Notes: generated by a model from the letters alone, not told the origin. A stretch of 64,000 nucleotides of DNA from Squalus acanthias (GCA_030390025.1 CM059432.1:55554001-55618000); one strand, 5' to 3'. Counted from the stretch's first letter, positions 1 to 13,488 are shown. Program-made: numbers and translations.

Positions 1-228
<228 letters not shown>

Positions 229-330
229 CTAAGCTTCACAAAGAAAAATGTTGTTTCCTTTCAGCCTTTACTGTGGAAAGGATTTTTTTCCCCATTAAAT
301 CCGTTAAGTCTCCAATTCCAGGTAAACATA

Positions 331-1746
331 GGGGGGAATTTTAACCCCAAAAAGTGGGTGGGTTGGGGTGGGTGATAGGTTAAAAGGTTAAAAATCTGTT
401 CCTGATCCCAACCCGCCCACTTCCAGTTTTAATGGAGGTGGGCGGAGGTGAGGGCAGCCAACCCACTCCCAGGAGGCGGGTTGGCATTTAAATATTATAA
501 TGAGGCTCCGTGCCTCATTTGAAAGCACCATTTTAAATTTAACTCTGGCTGGTCAGCTTTCGCAGGCCTCGGGGAAACCGTCAGCTAAAGTAAGTCGAGA
601 ACTGCTGGATCCACGAGGTAAGTGCCTTTCCACATACCTGCTGGATACAGCATTGCTGCCTCACCAGCCCCCCGCATTTGGACAGCACCCCCGCCGGCCC
701 TTCCGATCTCCCTCTGACCACCCCCCAACCACCAGGCCTCCGATCCCCCCTCCGGCCTTCCGCTCCCCCCTTAGACTCTGACCCCCCTCCAACCTCCAGC
801 CCCTGACCTCGCCTCCAACGATCCAGCCTCCGACCTCCCCTCCATCGATCCAGCCCTGACCTCCCCTCCATCGATCCAGCCCCCGACCTCCCCTCCATTG
901 ATCCAGCCCCCGACCTCCCCTCCATCGATCCAGCCCTGACCACCCCTCCAACGATCCAGCCCTGACCTCCCCTCCAACGATCCAGCCTCCGACCTCCCCT
1001 CCATCGATCCAGCCTTGACCTCCCCTCCATCGATCCAGCCTCCGACCTCCCCTCCAACGATCCAGCCCCCGACCTCCCCTCCATCGATCCAGCCCTGACC
1101 TCCCCTCCATCGATCCAGCCTCCGACCTCCCCTCCATTGATCCAGCCCCTGACCTCCCCATCATCGATTCAGCCCCGGATCTCCCCTCCATCGATCCAGC
1201 CCCCGACCTCCCCTCCATCGATCCAGCCTCCGACCTCCCCTCCATCGATCCAGCCCCCGACCTCCCCTCCATCGATCCAGCCCCCGACCTCCCCTCCATC
1301 GATCCAGCCCCCGACCTCCCCTCCATCGATCCAGCCCCCGACCTCCCCTCCATCGATCCAGCCCCCGACCTCCCCTCCATCGATCCAGCCTCCGACCTCC
1401 CCTCCATCGATCCAGCCCCCGACCTCCCCTCCATCGATCCAGCCCCCGACCTCCCCTCCATCGATCCAGCCCCTGACCTCGCCGACGATCTCCGGCCTTC
1501 CGACCCCCCGCCTCCCCGCCCAATCCCTCCCTCCCTCCTCTTGTGGCCTGGTGCCGCAGGCCTACCCGCCCAACAGCAGCCAGCCTCTCCATCTGGCTGA
1601 CTGCGGGCGGGAAACAGAGAATCAAAATGCTAATCAGGCCCTGCCATTAAATTCGGCAGGGCCTGAGGGAAACCCGTTCTCCCAGGTTTGCCGACCGCTT
1701 TCCAGTCCCCCCATTCCCTACCTGCCTCCAAAGTAAAATTCTGGCC
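331..1746. mobile_element. Non-autonomous PIF/Harbinger-like element containing a minisatellite
   Basis: Imperfect TIRs ggggggaatttt / aaaattctggcc with ATA on both flanks. Homologous in inverse orientation to 24516-25208. Confidence 0.65.
785..1490. repeat. 27-bp (26-27) minisatellite, about 25 copies, unit CCGACCTCCCCTCCATCGATCCAGCCC
   Basis: Directly visible tandem array; it explains the IQPPTSPPS / MEGRSGAGS repeat ORFs. Confidence 0.95.
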
Positions 1747-2011
1747 ATAGGAACAGCTGGGGATTTGTACATTTTTTTTAAAGTAGCTCCCTCAATAGCT
1801 TAGTTGGGTAACTGCACAGCCCCACGTCAAACTGATCTGTATCAAATAAGGAACTAGAACAGCGTAACTAGAGTCTGCCTGGGTGGAAAAGCTGGGTGGG
1901 GAGCTATTCCCTGCGGGTCCTGTTATTTCCAGGATTTTCATGTGAAATGACATGGGACGTAGAATATGGCCGTCCTTATATGGGCGGATGTATTGAAATG
2001 ATATAGGTAAA

Positions 2012-2749
2012 GGCCCAAAACTAGCTGTCAAAATAACAGTGAGGCAATTAGCGTTGCTGTTATTTATGCGCAAATGCCACAGCAAATTCAGGTGAGGGCA
2101 GATGCGCAGTTAAATGTGGAAATTGTAAAGCTGCTGTCCGAGATGTGGCGCTCCACCATTAGCCTCCTGAAAACGGCATCTCGCTGACTGTCTCCCCATT
2201 CAAATGCATTAAGCAGTTTGAAGTTCCTGTACTTGCACTGTAGATATAAACTAAACTTGCCACAGAAAGTTAAGTCATTTCAGTCTAAGTACCCTTTTAA
2301 CGACATGATAAGTGTTAATGACTGCCAATCAACCTCTCTGGCATTGAAAATTAACTATTACAAGTGTGGAGTCTTATTCCTTCAGATTTTAATTGTTGTT
2401 GATTTTTTTTACCTTTTCTTTCGGTCTCTTTTTTTTCTCTCTTAACCCAATTTTCTTTCCCTCTCTTTATTTCTCTCCTTGTACCTGATTTGACATTGAA
2501 TTCACCATTTCTAATTTACACTTCCTTCTCAATTCTTGCGCTGTTCATTTCACAATCCTTCAGTCTGATTGGTTAAGGAGATACACAGTTGCTTGCCCTG
2601 TTAACTCAGATCCCAGATGCCCTGTAGAGGGCACCGTGCCGTTTCCGTCTTGCACTTCCAGCGCAAAATATCATGGAGATTAAACGGGCAAGGCAAGTCT
2701 AACTCACGGCGAGCGTCGATCGTTGACCGGTTACAACAAATTCTGGGCC
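2012..2749. mobile_element. Putative Harbinger-type non-autonomous element
   Basis: Imperfect TIRs ggcccaaaact / aattctgggcc; no clean TSD. Confidence 0.45.
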
Positions 2750-3069
2750 GTACGAAGTCATACAAATGTCATCTGCACCACAGCAACATTGGGCGACACC
2801 ATTGATTCCTGGTGTATAGGGTTGTTATGGAGTTGGAAGATTGATTTAAAACTTAAAGGGCCACAGTGCCTTAGTCAAGGTGCGAGTTTTTAAACGCTCT
2901 GATTTTTTGCACTAACACCATTGCGGCCTTCCGTGCATGCGTGCGGTATACTGGAGCCGCACATGCACAGTGCCCAACGGTGCCACAGTTGTGGCCCGCA
3001 CCATGGGCCACGCTTTCCTTGACTCCGTGTGGAGAAGGTCAGGGGATCCGTTGGTGTCCAGTGTGGGGT

Positions 3070-4048
3070 GGAAGTGAGAGGATCGAAGGGGGAGAGAGAG
3101 GGAATCGGAGGGTGGAGAGATGAGATCGGAGGGGGGAGAGAGAGGAGATCGGAGGGAGAGAGGGGAGATCGGAGGGAAGGAGAGAGAGGAGATCAGAGGG
3201 GGAAGAGCAAGGAGATGAGGGTGGAGGTGAGAGAGGAGATTGGAGGGGGAGAGGGAGGAGATTGGAGGAGGGGAGAGAGAGGAGATGGGGGGAGAGAGAG
3301 GAGAACGGAGGGGGGAGAGAGAGGATAAAAGGAAGAGAGAGGATCAAAGGGGCGAGAGGATCATGGAGGGAGAGAGAGGATTGAAGGGGGTGTAGAGAGA
3401 GGATCGGAGGGGGAGAGCAGAGGCGTTTGGAGTGGGGAGAGGAGATCATGAACTCGGGGGGAAGAGGAGGTCAGGAACTCGGCGGGGGGGGGCGGGTAAA
3501 GAGCATGTAGAGCACAGTGGGGATGGGGGAAGAACGTGATCCAGGTCTAAGGGTTGGCGGGGGGGGGGGTTGAGAGTGAGAATGTGATCCAGATGGGAAG
3601 AGGGATCATGTTCTTCCAACCCCACCCCCATCCCCTTTACACCCGCACCACGTTCTCCCTCTCTTCCCCCTAGACCTGGATGATTTCTCGGAAAGCGCGG
3701 TATGTGTGTGGCAAGTGATATCATTGGACTGGACAAAATCTGGAAGTCATGACACTGTCACTATTCACTTCATACCCAATAAACCTGTTAACAATCCATG
3801 ACCCACACACAATGCTCCATCTATGGGGGAGGGGGTCGGGGGAGGGAAGGTCAAGAACTTGGGCAGGGGGAGAAGGTCAGGAACTCAGAGGGTGGGGACC
3901 TCCAGGAACTTGGGCAGGGGAAGTCAGGAATCTTGGTGGTGGGGGAGGTGGGGGTAGATCAGGAATTCGAGGTGGGGGGGGGGGAAGGTCAGGAACTTGG
4001 GCAGGGGGAGAAGGTCAGGAACTTGGACGGGGCAGAAGGTCAGGAATT
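3070..4048. repeat. GA-rich degenerate tandem repeats (GGAGATCGGAGGGGGAGAGA and GGGGGAGAAGGTCAGGAACTT units)
   Basis: Low-complexity purine repeats. The second unit resumes at about 9365-9450, after the LINE insertion. Confidence 0.75.
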
Positions 4049-5705
4049 GTTTTTTTTTTATTTGTTTATGGGATGTGGGCTTCGCTGGCAAAGCCAGCAT
4101 TTATTGCCCATCCCTAGTTGCCCTTGAGAAGGTGGTGGTGAACCGCCTTCTTGAACCGCTGCAGTCCATGTGGTGAAGGTACTCCCATAGTGCTGTTAGG
4201 GAGAGAGTTCCAGGATTTTGACCCAGCGACGATGAAGGATTGGCGATATACTTCTAAGTCAGGATGGTGTGTGACTTGGAGGGGAACTTGGAGGTGGTGC
4301 TGTTCCCATGCGCCTGCTGCCCTTGTTCTTCTAGGTGGTAGAGGTCGCGGGTTTGGAAGGTGCTGCCGAAGAAGCCTTGGCGAGTTGCTGCAGTGCATCT
4401 TGTAGATGGTACACACTGCAGCCAAGGTGCGCCGGTGGTGGAGGGAGTGAATGTTTAAGGTGGTGGATGGAGTGTTGTTGGAGCTGCACTCATCCAGGCA
4501 AGTGGAGCGTATTCCATCACACTCCTTACTTGTGCCTTGTAGATGGTGGAATGGCTTTGGGGAGTCAGGAGGTGAGACACTCGCCACAGAATACCCAGCC
4601 TCTGACCTGCTCTTGTTGCCACAGTATTTATGTGGCTGGTTCAGTTAAGTTTCTGATCAATGGTGATCCCCAGGATGTTGATGGTGGGGGATTCGGCGAT
4701 GGTAATGCCGTTGAATGTCAAGGGGAGGTGGTTAGACTCTCGCTTGTTCGAGATAGTCATTGCCTGGCACTTCTGTGGCGCGAATGTTACCTGCCACTTA
4801 TCAGCCCAAGCCTGAACATCATCCAGGTCTTGTTGCATGCGGGCATAGACTGCTTCATTATCTGAGGAGTTGTGAATGGCGCTGAACACTGTGCAGTTAT
4901 CAGTGAACATCCCCATTTCCGACCTTATGTTGGAGGGAAGGTCATTGATGAAGCAGCTGAAGATGGTTGGGCCTAGGACACTGCCCTGAGGAACTCCTGC
5001 AGCGATGGCCTGGGGCTGTGATGATTGACCTTCAACCACCACAACCATCTTCCTTTGTGCTAGGTATGACTCCAGCCAGTGGAGCGTTTTCCCCCCGATT
5101 CCCATTGACTTCAGTTTTACTAAGGCTCCTTGATGCCACACTCGGTCAAATGCTGCCTTGATGTCAAGGGCAGTCACTTTCACCTCACCTCTGGAATTCA
5201 GCTCCTTTGTCCATGTTTGGACCAAGGCTGTAATGAGGTCAGGAGCCGAGTGGTCTTGGCGGAACCCAAACTGGGCATCGGTGAGTAGGTTATTTGTGAG
5301 TAAGTGCCACTTGATAGCACTGTCGATGACACCTTCCATCACTTTGCTGATGATTGAGAGTAGACTGATGGGGCGGTAATTGGCCGGGTTGGATTTGTCC
5401 TGCTTTTTGTGGACAGGATATACCTGGGCAGTTTTCCACATTGTCGGATAGATGCCAGTGTTGTAGCTGTACTGGAACAGCTTGGCTAGAGGCGCGGTTA
5501 GTTCTGGAGCACAAGTCTTCAGCACGACAGCCGGGATGTTGTCGGGGCCCATAGTCTTTGTTGTATCCAGTGTGCTCAGCCATTTCTTGATATCACGTGG
5601 AGTGAATCGAATTGGCTGAAGACTGGCTTCTGTGATGGTGGGGACCTCAGGAGTAGGCCGATATGGAGCATCAACTTGGCACTTCTGGCTGAAGATGGTT
5701 GCAAA

Positions 5706-8700
5706 TATGATATGATTGGGATTACGGAAACATGGCTCCAGGGTGACCAAGGCTGGGAACTCAACATACAGGGGTATTCAATATTCAGGAAAGATAGGCA
5801 AAAAGGAAAAGGAGGTGGGGCAGCATTGCTGGTTAAAGAGGGGATTAACACAATTGTAAGGAAGGATATTAGCTCTGATGATGTGGAATCTGTATGGGTA
5901 GAACTGAGAATACCAAGGGGCTGAAAACGTTAGTGGGAGTGGTGTATAGACCCCCAAACAGTAATACGGAGGTTGGGGATGGCATTAAAAGGGAAATTAG
6001 AGAAGCATGCAATAAGAGCACAGCAGTTATCATGGGCGACTTTAATCTACATATAGATTGGACTAACCAAATTAGTAACAATACTGTGGAGGAGGAATTC
6101 CTGGAGTGTATATGTCGAGGAACCAACTAGAGATCAGGCCATCTTAGACTGGGTATTATGTAATGAGAAAGGATTAATTAGCAATCTTGTTGTGCGAGGC
6201 CCCTTGGGGAGGAGTGATCATGATATGATCGAATTCTTCATTAAGATGGAGAGTGAAGTACAGGAAACTTTTGTTTATCCGGCACCCAAATATCCGGAAT
6301 TCTCGCTTAACCGGCAAAAATCATCCTCCGAAAACTCCTCTCAAATAACCGGCAATGTTGCCGAGTCGCAGTCGAGTCTCCGCGAACGCTGAGTGCTCCG
6401 AAAACTCCTCTCAAATAACCGGCAATGTTGCCGATCCCGAGTCTGAGTCCGAGTCCGCGAACGCCGATTTAGTCAGTAGGGGTACTTTTCAAAAGTGCCA
6501 CTACTCGGCCTCCTGGCGCTGTCGGAAGTCCGAAACACTGCAGTAGCAGGAGTTGATTCTCCCGCGCTGCCTGGAGTCTCTTTGTTAAAAATAGCCTCGG
6601 TAGATATAACTCTCCGTTATCCGGTACTTTCGATAAACCGGCACCACGCCGGTCCCGTCGATGCCGGATAAACGAAAGTTTCCTGTAGTTGACTCAGAGA
6701 CTAGGGTCCTGAATTTAAATAAAGGAAACTACGATGGTATGAGGCGCGAGTTGGGTAGGATTGATTGGGGAATGTCACTCAAAGGGTTGACGGTGGAGGG
6801 GCAATGGCAAGCATTCAAAGATCGCATGAATGAACTACAGAATTTATTCATCCCAGTTTGGCATAAAAATAAAACAACAAAGGTGACTCAACCGTGGCTA
6901 ACAAAGGAAATTAGGGAGAGCATAAGATCCAAGGAAAGGACATATAAATTGGCCAGAAAAAGCAGAAAACCTGAGGATTGGGAGCAGTATAGGATTCAGC
7001 AAAGAAGGACAAAGGGATTAATTAAGAGGGGGAAAATAGAGTATGAGAGTAAGCTTGCGAGGAACATAAAAACTGACTGTAAAAGCTTTTATAGATATGT
7101 GAAGAGAAAAAGATTGGTGAAGTCAAGCGTAGGTCCCTTGCAGTCAGAATCAGGGCAAATTATAATGGGGAACAAAGAAATGGCAGACCAATTAAATACA
7201 TACTTTGGTTCTGTCTTCACAAAGGAGGACACAAATAACCTCCCAGAGATGTCGGGGAACATAGGGTCTAATGAGAAGGAGTAACTGAAAGAAATCAGTA
7301 TTTGTAGGGAAATAGTGTGAGGGAAATTGACGGGATTGAAGGCCGATAAATCCCCAGGGCCTGATGGCCGATAAATCCCCAGGGCCTGATAATCTACATC
7401 CTAGGGTACTTAAGGAAGTGGCCCTAGAAATAGTAGATGCATTGCTGGTCATCTTCCAAAATTCTATAGACTCTGGAACAGTACCCATGGATTGGAGGGT
7501 AGCTAATGTTACCCCACTATTCAAAAAAGGTGGTAGAGAGAAAACGGGGAATTATAGACCAGTAAGCCTGACATCGGTAGTGGGGAAAATGCTAGAGTCC
7601 ATTATAAAAGATGTAATAGCAGAGCACTTGGAAAACAGTGACAGGATCGGACAAAGTCAACATGGATTTACAAAAGGCAAATCGTGCTTAACTAATCCAC
7701 TGGAATTTTTTGAGGATGTAACTGGTAAAATGGATAAGGGAGAACCAGTGGATGTGGTGTATTTGGACTTTCAGAAGGCTTTCGATAAGGTCCCGCATAA
7801 GAGATTAGCGTGTAAAGTTAAGGCACATGGGATTGGGGGCAAGGTATTGACTTGGATAGAGAACTGGTTGGCAGACAGAAAGCAAAGAGTTGGAATAAAT
7901 GGGTCTTTTTCCGAGTGGCAGGCGGTGACTAGTGGGGTACCGCAGGGATCGGTCCTAGGACCCCAGCTATTCACAATATATATTAATGATCTGGACGATG
8001 GAATTGGATGTAATATCTCCAAGTTTGCAGACGACACAAAGCTGGGTGGGAGTGTGTGCCGTGAGGAGGATGCCAAGAAACTCCAGTATGATTTGGACAG
8101 GTTGGGGGATTGGGCAGAAGCATGGCAGATGCAATATAATGTGGATAAATGCGAGGTTATCCACTTTGGTGTCAAAAACAGGAAGGCAGATTATTATCTG
8201 AATGGCAATAGATTGGGAGAAGGGGAAGTGCAACGAGACCTGGGTGTCCTTGTGCACCAATCGCTGAAGGTAAGCATGCAGGTGCAGCAGGCGGTTAAGA
8301 AGGCAAATGGTATGTTGGCCTTCGTAGCGAAAGAGTTCGAGTACAGGAACAAGGATGTCTTGCTGCAGTTGTACAGGGCCTTGGTGAGACCACATCTTTA
8401 GTATTGTGTGCAGTTTTGGTCGCCTTATCTGAGGAAGGATGTTCTTGCCATGGAGGGAGTGCAGCGAAGATTTACCAGGCTGATACCTGGGATGGCAGGA
8501 ATGGCGTATGAGGAGAGATTGGGTCGATTGGGCTTATACTCACTGGAGTTTAGAAGAATGAGAGGGGATCTCATTGAAACTTATAAAATTCTAACAGGAC
8601 TAGACAGACTAGATGCAGGAAGGATGTTCCCGATGGCCGGGGAGTCCAGAACCAGGGGTCACAGTCTAAGGATAAGGGGTAAGCCATTTAGGACTGAGAT

Positions 8701-8960
8701 GAGGAGGAATTTCTTCACCCAGAGAGTGGTGAACCTGTGGAATTCTCTACCACAGAAGGCAGTAGAGGCCAATTCATTAAATATATTCAAGAAGGAGTTG
8801 ATATATTTCTTAAAACTAAAGGGATCAAGGGATATGGAGAGAAGGCAGGGACAGGGTACTGAATTTGGATGATCAGCCATGATCTCATTGAATGGCGGAG
8901 CAGGCTCGAGGGGCTGAATGGCCTACTCCTGCTCCTATCTTCTATGTTTCTATGTATGTT
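5706..8960 (+). mobile_element. 5'-truncated CR1 LINE ORF2 (endonuclease + RT, disrupted)
   Basis: APE motifs (GITETW, MGDFN, SDH) and RT motifs (YLDFQKAFDKVPH, GVPQGSVLGP, FADD); (TTCTATGT)n-type tail. The host LINE sequence gcaaa|acgc is split at the insertion. Confidence 0.95.
6261..6685. mobile_element. Tc1/mariner (Tigger/pogo-like) MITE
   Basis: 24-bp TIRs caggaaacttttgtttatccggca / tgccggataaacgaaagtttcctg (1 mismatch), TA TSD. Removing it restores CR1 frame ESEV|VDSETR. Confidence 0.9.
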
Positions 8961-9722
8961 AAACGCTTCAGCCTTGTCTTTTGCACTCACGTGCTGGGCT
9001 CCACCATCATTGAGGATGGGGATATTCATGGCGCCTCCTCCTCCCGTTAGTTGTTTAATGGTCCATCACCATTCATGACTAGATGTGGCAGGACTACAGA
9101 GCTTTGATCTGATCCGTTGATTGTGGGATCGCTTAGCCCTATCTATAGCATGCTGCTTCCGCTTTTTAACATGCATGTAGTCCTGTGTTGCAGCTTCCTC
9201 AGGTTGGAACCTCATTTTTAGGTACGCCTGGTGCTGCTCCTGGCATGCTCTTTTATACTCCTTATTGAACCAGGGTTGGTCTCCTGGCTTGATGGTAATG
9301 GTAGAGTGAGGGATATGCCGCGACATGAGGTTACACGATTGTGGTGGAATACAATTCTGCTATTGGGGAGAGAAAAGGTCAGAAACTCGGGGGGTGGGGG
9401 GACGGTTAGGAACTTGTTGGGGGGGGTGGGTGGGGGAGAGAAGGTCCTAAACCACGAGGGTGAGCCCTGTCTGTTCTCTGTGAGCTCTGTCTGGAGCCTG
9501 GCAGTCAGAATGAATGGCTCAAATTACACATTGCAAAGTACTTGATTACTTAGGCAGGCAGGATCTAATTACACATTCCAGATAAACTGCTGGGTGTGTC
9601 TTGTCCTCCAAGGGGAGCAATCAGAAATCTGGTGTTAAAAATAGACGCAACCTTTTTAAAGATATTTTTTTCCCCCAGCCCTGCAGGCCGCTGCCCACCC
9701 TGCAATGTAGCAGGCACTCTAG

Positions 9723-10616
9723 GGGGTAAAAATTCACTTGGTTGCGCCACCCGTTAGCGCCTTAAGAGGGCGCTAATGGGGCGCAAAGCCGCTAACGCCC
9801 GGCCGCAGCGATGTTTGCGCCGCTCGAGAAATTAACTTGAGATTGTGCGGCGGTGCTAAAACTTACCGCTGCGACCACCTGCGCGCGCAGATTGTGACGT
9901 CATTCCATGGTGCAACGCCCTTGGGGCGCCCCGTAGCGGAAATTGAGTGGCGCCCCCTGCCTTACCGCCTGGCGCTTCCAACGACCAGAAGACTGGAACG
10001 CTATCAATCGCTGTGGGGCTGGGGGGGGGCGCTATTTAAAGGGGGCCTCTTCCTGTCTTTTATTGTTGGTGGCATTTTTGAACTACGCATTCTGAGAGAG
10101 AGAGGGAGAGACTTCTGGAGAGATTCAACGTTGTGTGAAGGTGTTTTGGGTACTGAGCAGCACTTTGCAGGTTCATTTTGATTTGCCATTCCTTGTATCG
10201 ATTTAGCAGAGACCGTGGGAGCTGCACTCTGAGCTCTTTGCCTGGTGCTCTCCATTGTTCTTTCCATCACATTTGATGTGCAAGTCTCTCCAGGCCGAGA
10301 TTCAAGGCAGCAATGAACAGGATGTGGATGGAAAGCAAGATTAACCATCCCCTTTAAGAACTGGCCCGTGCCATTGTGTGTGTGTTCCATTGCTGACTGA
10401 CATTACATGAGCTTCGCCAGCGCTCCGAGTTAGCGCCTCACTGCTCAGCCTTTGCGCCTTAAGAGAGGTGTGCAGCGCCTGCTTTAGCGCTCCACTCACC
10501 TCCCGGGGCGGTAAAAGTGAAGTTTCCCGTCAGTGCCGATAATTAGCGCCAGGCGCTAATATTTGCGTCCGGACGATATTTGCGCCCCAAATGGGGCGCG
10601 ACCTAATTTCTACCCC
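9723..10616. mobile_element. Harbinger-type non-autonomous element (GC-rich family)
   Basis: TIRs ggggtaaaaatt / aatttctacccc, TAG TSD. Both termini are homologous to 50737-51509 in inverse orientation. Confidence 0.8.
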
Positions 10617-12167
10617 TAGGTCTCTCCCTAAACCCCCCAAGGCGAGCTTCCTAACAAAGGCAGGAGTCTTTCCTGTAATGTCAAAAAAATGAAAATTAGT
10701 TTGTGTTTCAGTTGAACATTAGTATAGTTACAACAGTAACTACACTTCAAAGGTACTTCATTGGCTGTAAAGTGCTTTGGGAGGTCGTAAAAGGCGTTAT
10801 CTAAATGCAAGTCTTTCTTTTATAACAAAGAAAATTATCATTTATAAATTACCATTTTCAACAAAAACCTCAAAGGAGTCTAAATTGGGTTTTGCTAAAT
10901 TAAAGGGACATCATCTTCATGAAAAAAATGTCGAGCCATTTTTTTTCAATTGTTTGATATGCACAATGATATGACTTAAATCTAGCTGAACAGCATCATC
11001 ACTCCAGTAGCATCAGATTCCAAGATGAAAACAGTGCCCCGTTCTCCCTCTTTTCCCACCCAGCCAAAAAATATGCTTTGGAAAAACTTTCTGCCCCTTA
11101 AATACTCAAGTTAATTTAATTATGCTAAAATCTAACACTTTTACAGATGTGGCAAATCTATATGTTTATTAAATTTCCACATCTATTTTCAAGAAAAACT
11201 CCATGACATCTAAAAGAAATGAACTTAGTGGGCTAACATCGAACTTCCATCCAATTGTTTTTACTTATTTTCTCCCCATCTGCCAAAGTCATAAAACTTA
11301 TCCAGCCAATCAGTTTTCAGGCCTCTGCCAATGACACTCTGTAATAGGGAACCAGGATTCACAAGGGCAGCCCAGGTCGATTAACTCTCAGATCTTCATT
11401 CTCTCCCAGAGGGGAGGTGTGCAACCTTCACACAACAAACAAAACCCAGAATTCACCACACAAGAACTCAGGTATATGGAGCAGTATATTGGAGCACCAG
11501 CAAGATGTACTACCACACTGACAAAATCTAATTTCATTATGTTCACTGCAAGATAATTTTCCATTAATGACAGATTATAACGTGCAATCGTTTTTTTATC
11601 TAAAAAGAATCTCACTAGCTACAATGTTACTCACACAATCCAGAATCATTCAGTAACTATACATAAGAATACAATCAAGTATTGTGTGGTAATTAAACAT
11701 GTGGTAAGTTTCCAATCTTTGTGAGTGAGGGGTCACCAGCATCCAAGTAGTTCCATTACTACTTACCAACATGAAGGCACTCAAATAGGTTGGTGGCAGC
11801 CTGAGAGAGGACATATCTATCATTAACATTCACAGAGAGCTATCAGCATTGAGGGAAATGCCAAGAGTGAAATATTACCAGTAAGGTTATCATCAGAAGT
11901 CCAGGTACTCCTACAGACATGTCCCTTTTGAATGTGGGGTGGGGCAAGCCAGCCATCAGAATTTAAAGGGCCATTTAAACAGGGCAGAATCCCTGCCCTA
12001 AATTTTAAACCAGTGAACACTGATTGACTGTGGCATCATCCCTTTTGTGAATGTTTACACAAATGCAAATGCAGAATGTTCAGAAAGGAAAAGAAACTTA
12101 AAGTTTTACTGATAAATGTGCTGTCACGCAACCAATAACTTACTGTCAGAAATAAGAGACTCCTCAC

Positions 12168-12344
12168 CTAAAAGTGCATTCTTTCCATTGTCATCTGGCA
12201 GGAATCGTTTATCTACTGCACAGATCAGAATGTGCTCAGGGAGATTTGGAGACTTGGCTCCTACCAGCACAAAGCCTGGTGGAATGTCAATTTGTTCTGT
12301 GGAGAGTGATACCAGACGCAGGTCTTTGCCAGCCTGGCAGAAAC
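12168..12344 (-). CDS. GREB1L: GREB1-like protein, coding exon 3 (177 nt, phase 1-1)
   Basis: tttag|GTTTC...TTAG|gtgagg. Translation (G)[59 protein letters not shown]; the [24 protein letters not shown] residues are GREB1L-type. Confidence 0.95.
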
Positions 12345-12504
12345 CTAAATCAAAGCAAGAACATTATTTTACTTTTTTGCAAAAAGATATGATGACTTGA
12401 ACAATGTTTCAAAATAACAGCAGTAAAATAAAATGAAACAAAGGTTGCTTAGCAAATGAAAATCAGACCTTACTTTAGAACAGTTATAGAATGTTATAGT
12501 TATT

Positions 12505-13243
12505 GGCCCCAAAATTAGTGCCGCTACGCGAGAGTACGCACTGTGTACTCTCGCGTATTCTGTCTCCAATTGCCGGTTTTCTGCATGCACTGCGCATGCG
12601 CTGAAAACCAGCACTTGGTGAATTCAAAAGGGGGCGGTTCCTAGGTGAACCGCGTGCACGCTACAGGCTGCGCGCACGCAGTGCACTTAGTGCTTTGAAC
12701 GCGCAGGTAAGCATGGAACATTTTAGACATAAAGAAAGGAGGAGTAAGACCCTCTTTTAACAAGGTAAGTAGTTAATTAAGTATTACTTTGAATTTTTTT
12801 TAACAGGTATATCTTTTTTAGAGACTTTAAAGACAGGTAAGTTTATTTTTATAACTTTTTTAAAGATTTTAAATTTTTTCAAAAATTTAATTTTTTGTTT
12901 TAAATGGTTAATTTATTTAACTATACTTATTTTATTAATGTGATGGTTTTTTTTTAATTTAATTGAGGTTTAGCTGTTCTTTTGGGGGGTATAGATTCAT
13001 AGCTTTCACAGCACTTATGTGAAAGCTATGAATGAAAGATGGTGTGCTGCCATTGGCTCTAAGTGAGTCACGTGATCCACAGCTCGCACGAATTAACTAC
13101 GCCTGTGGGATACGGAAGCACTGCACAGCTGCTGTCCAGAACATCAAGTTCGTGCGAGCTCGGACTGAAAAAGCCAGCGCGCAGTGAGAGATCGCGGGGA
13201 AGCCTTACCCTCGCACGAAGGCTCCCTCACGAATTTTTGGGCC
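12505..13243. mobile_element. Harbinger-type non-autonomous element
   Basis: TIRs ggccccaaaatt / aatttttgggcc, ATT TSD. Confidence 0.7.
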
Positions 13244-13302
13244 ATTGTATATGTAGGTTCAAGTAAGACGCTTTAAGACACAATTACCTTTGCAGAAATA
13301 TT

Positions 13303-13488
13303 GGGGTATAAATTTCACTTGGATGTAAACGCAAATCGGGCAATAGCGAATCAGCAGCCCATTTTGCACTCTACTCGATTTTCTTTTCCATTAGCTTCAA
13401 CGAAAAAGAAATTCGGGCAGAGTGTAAAACGGGTTGCCAATTCGCTATCACCTGCTTTGCGCTACCACCCAAGATAAATTTACACTCC
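13303..13488. mobile_element. 186-bp fold-back MITE (Harbinger-like)
   Basis: Whole element is an imperfect palindrome (ggggtataaattt...aaatttacactcc; atagcgaat/attcgctat; cccattttgcactct/agagtgtaaaacggg), ATT TSD. Confidence 0.7.

Larger units (their letters stand above)
4050..9362 (-). mobile_element. 5'-truncated Zenon-like (CR1/Jockey-group) LINE, split by a CR1 insertion (pieces 4050-5705 and 8961-9362)
   Basis: RT motifs in ORF 4641-5750 (ALDIKAAFDRVWH, GVPQGSVLGPTIF, FTDN for YADD). The 3' end aagggcaa(c/t)tagggatgggcaataaatgctggc plus A-rich tail is shared with the other copies. Confidence 0.9.

Noticed and set aside
581..1736. Repetitive ORFs of 150-266 aa (MEGRSGAGS / IQPPTSPPS)
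   Set aside because: By-products of a stop-free 27-bp minisatellite, open in several frames on both strands.
3850..4048. Oestrogen/nuclear-receptor element cluster (AGGTCA half-sites)
   Set aside because: The half-sites are part of a tandem repeat unit, I saw no GGTCAnnnTGACC palindrome, and there is no functional evidence.
7341..7390. 25-bp tandem duplication inside CR1
   Set aside because: Simple post-insertion slippage lesion with no further implication.
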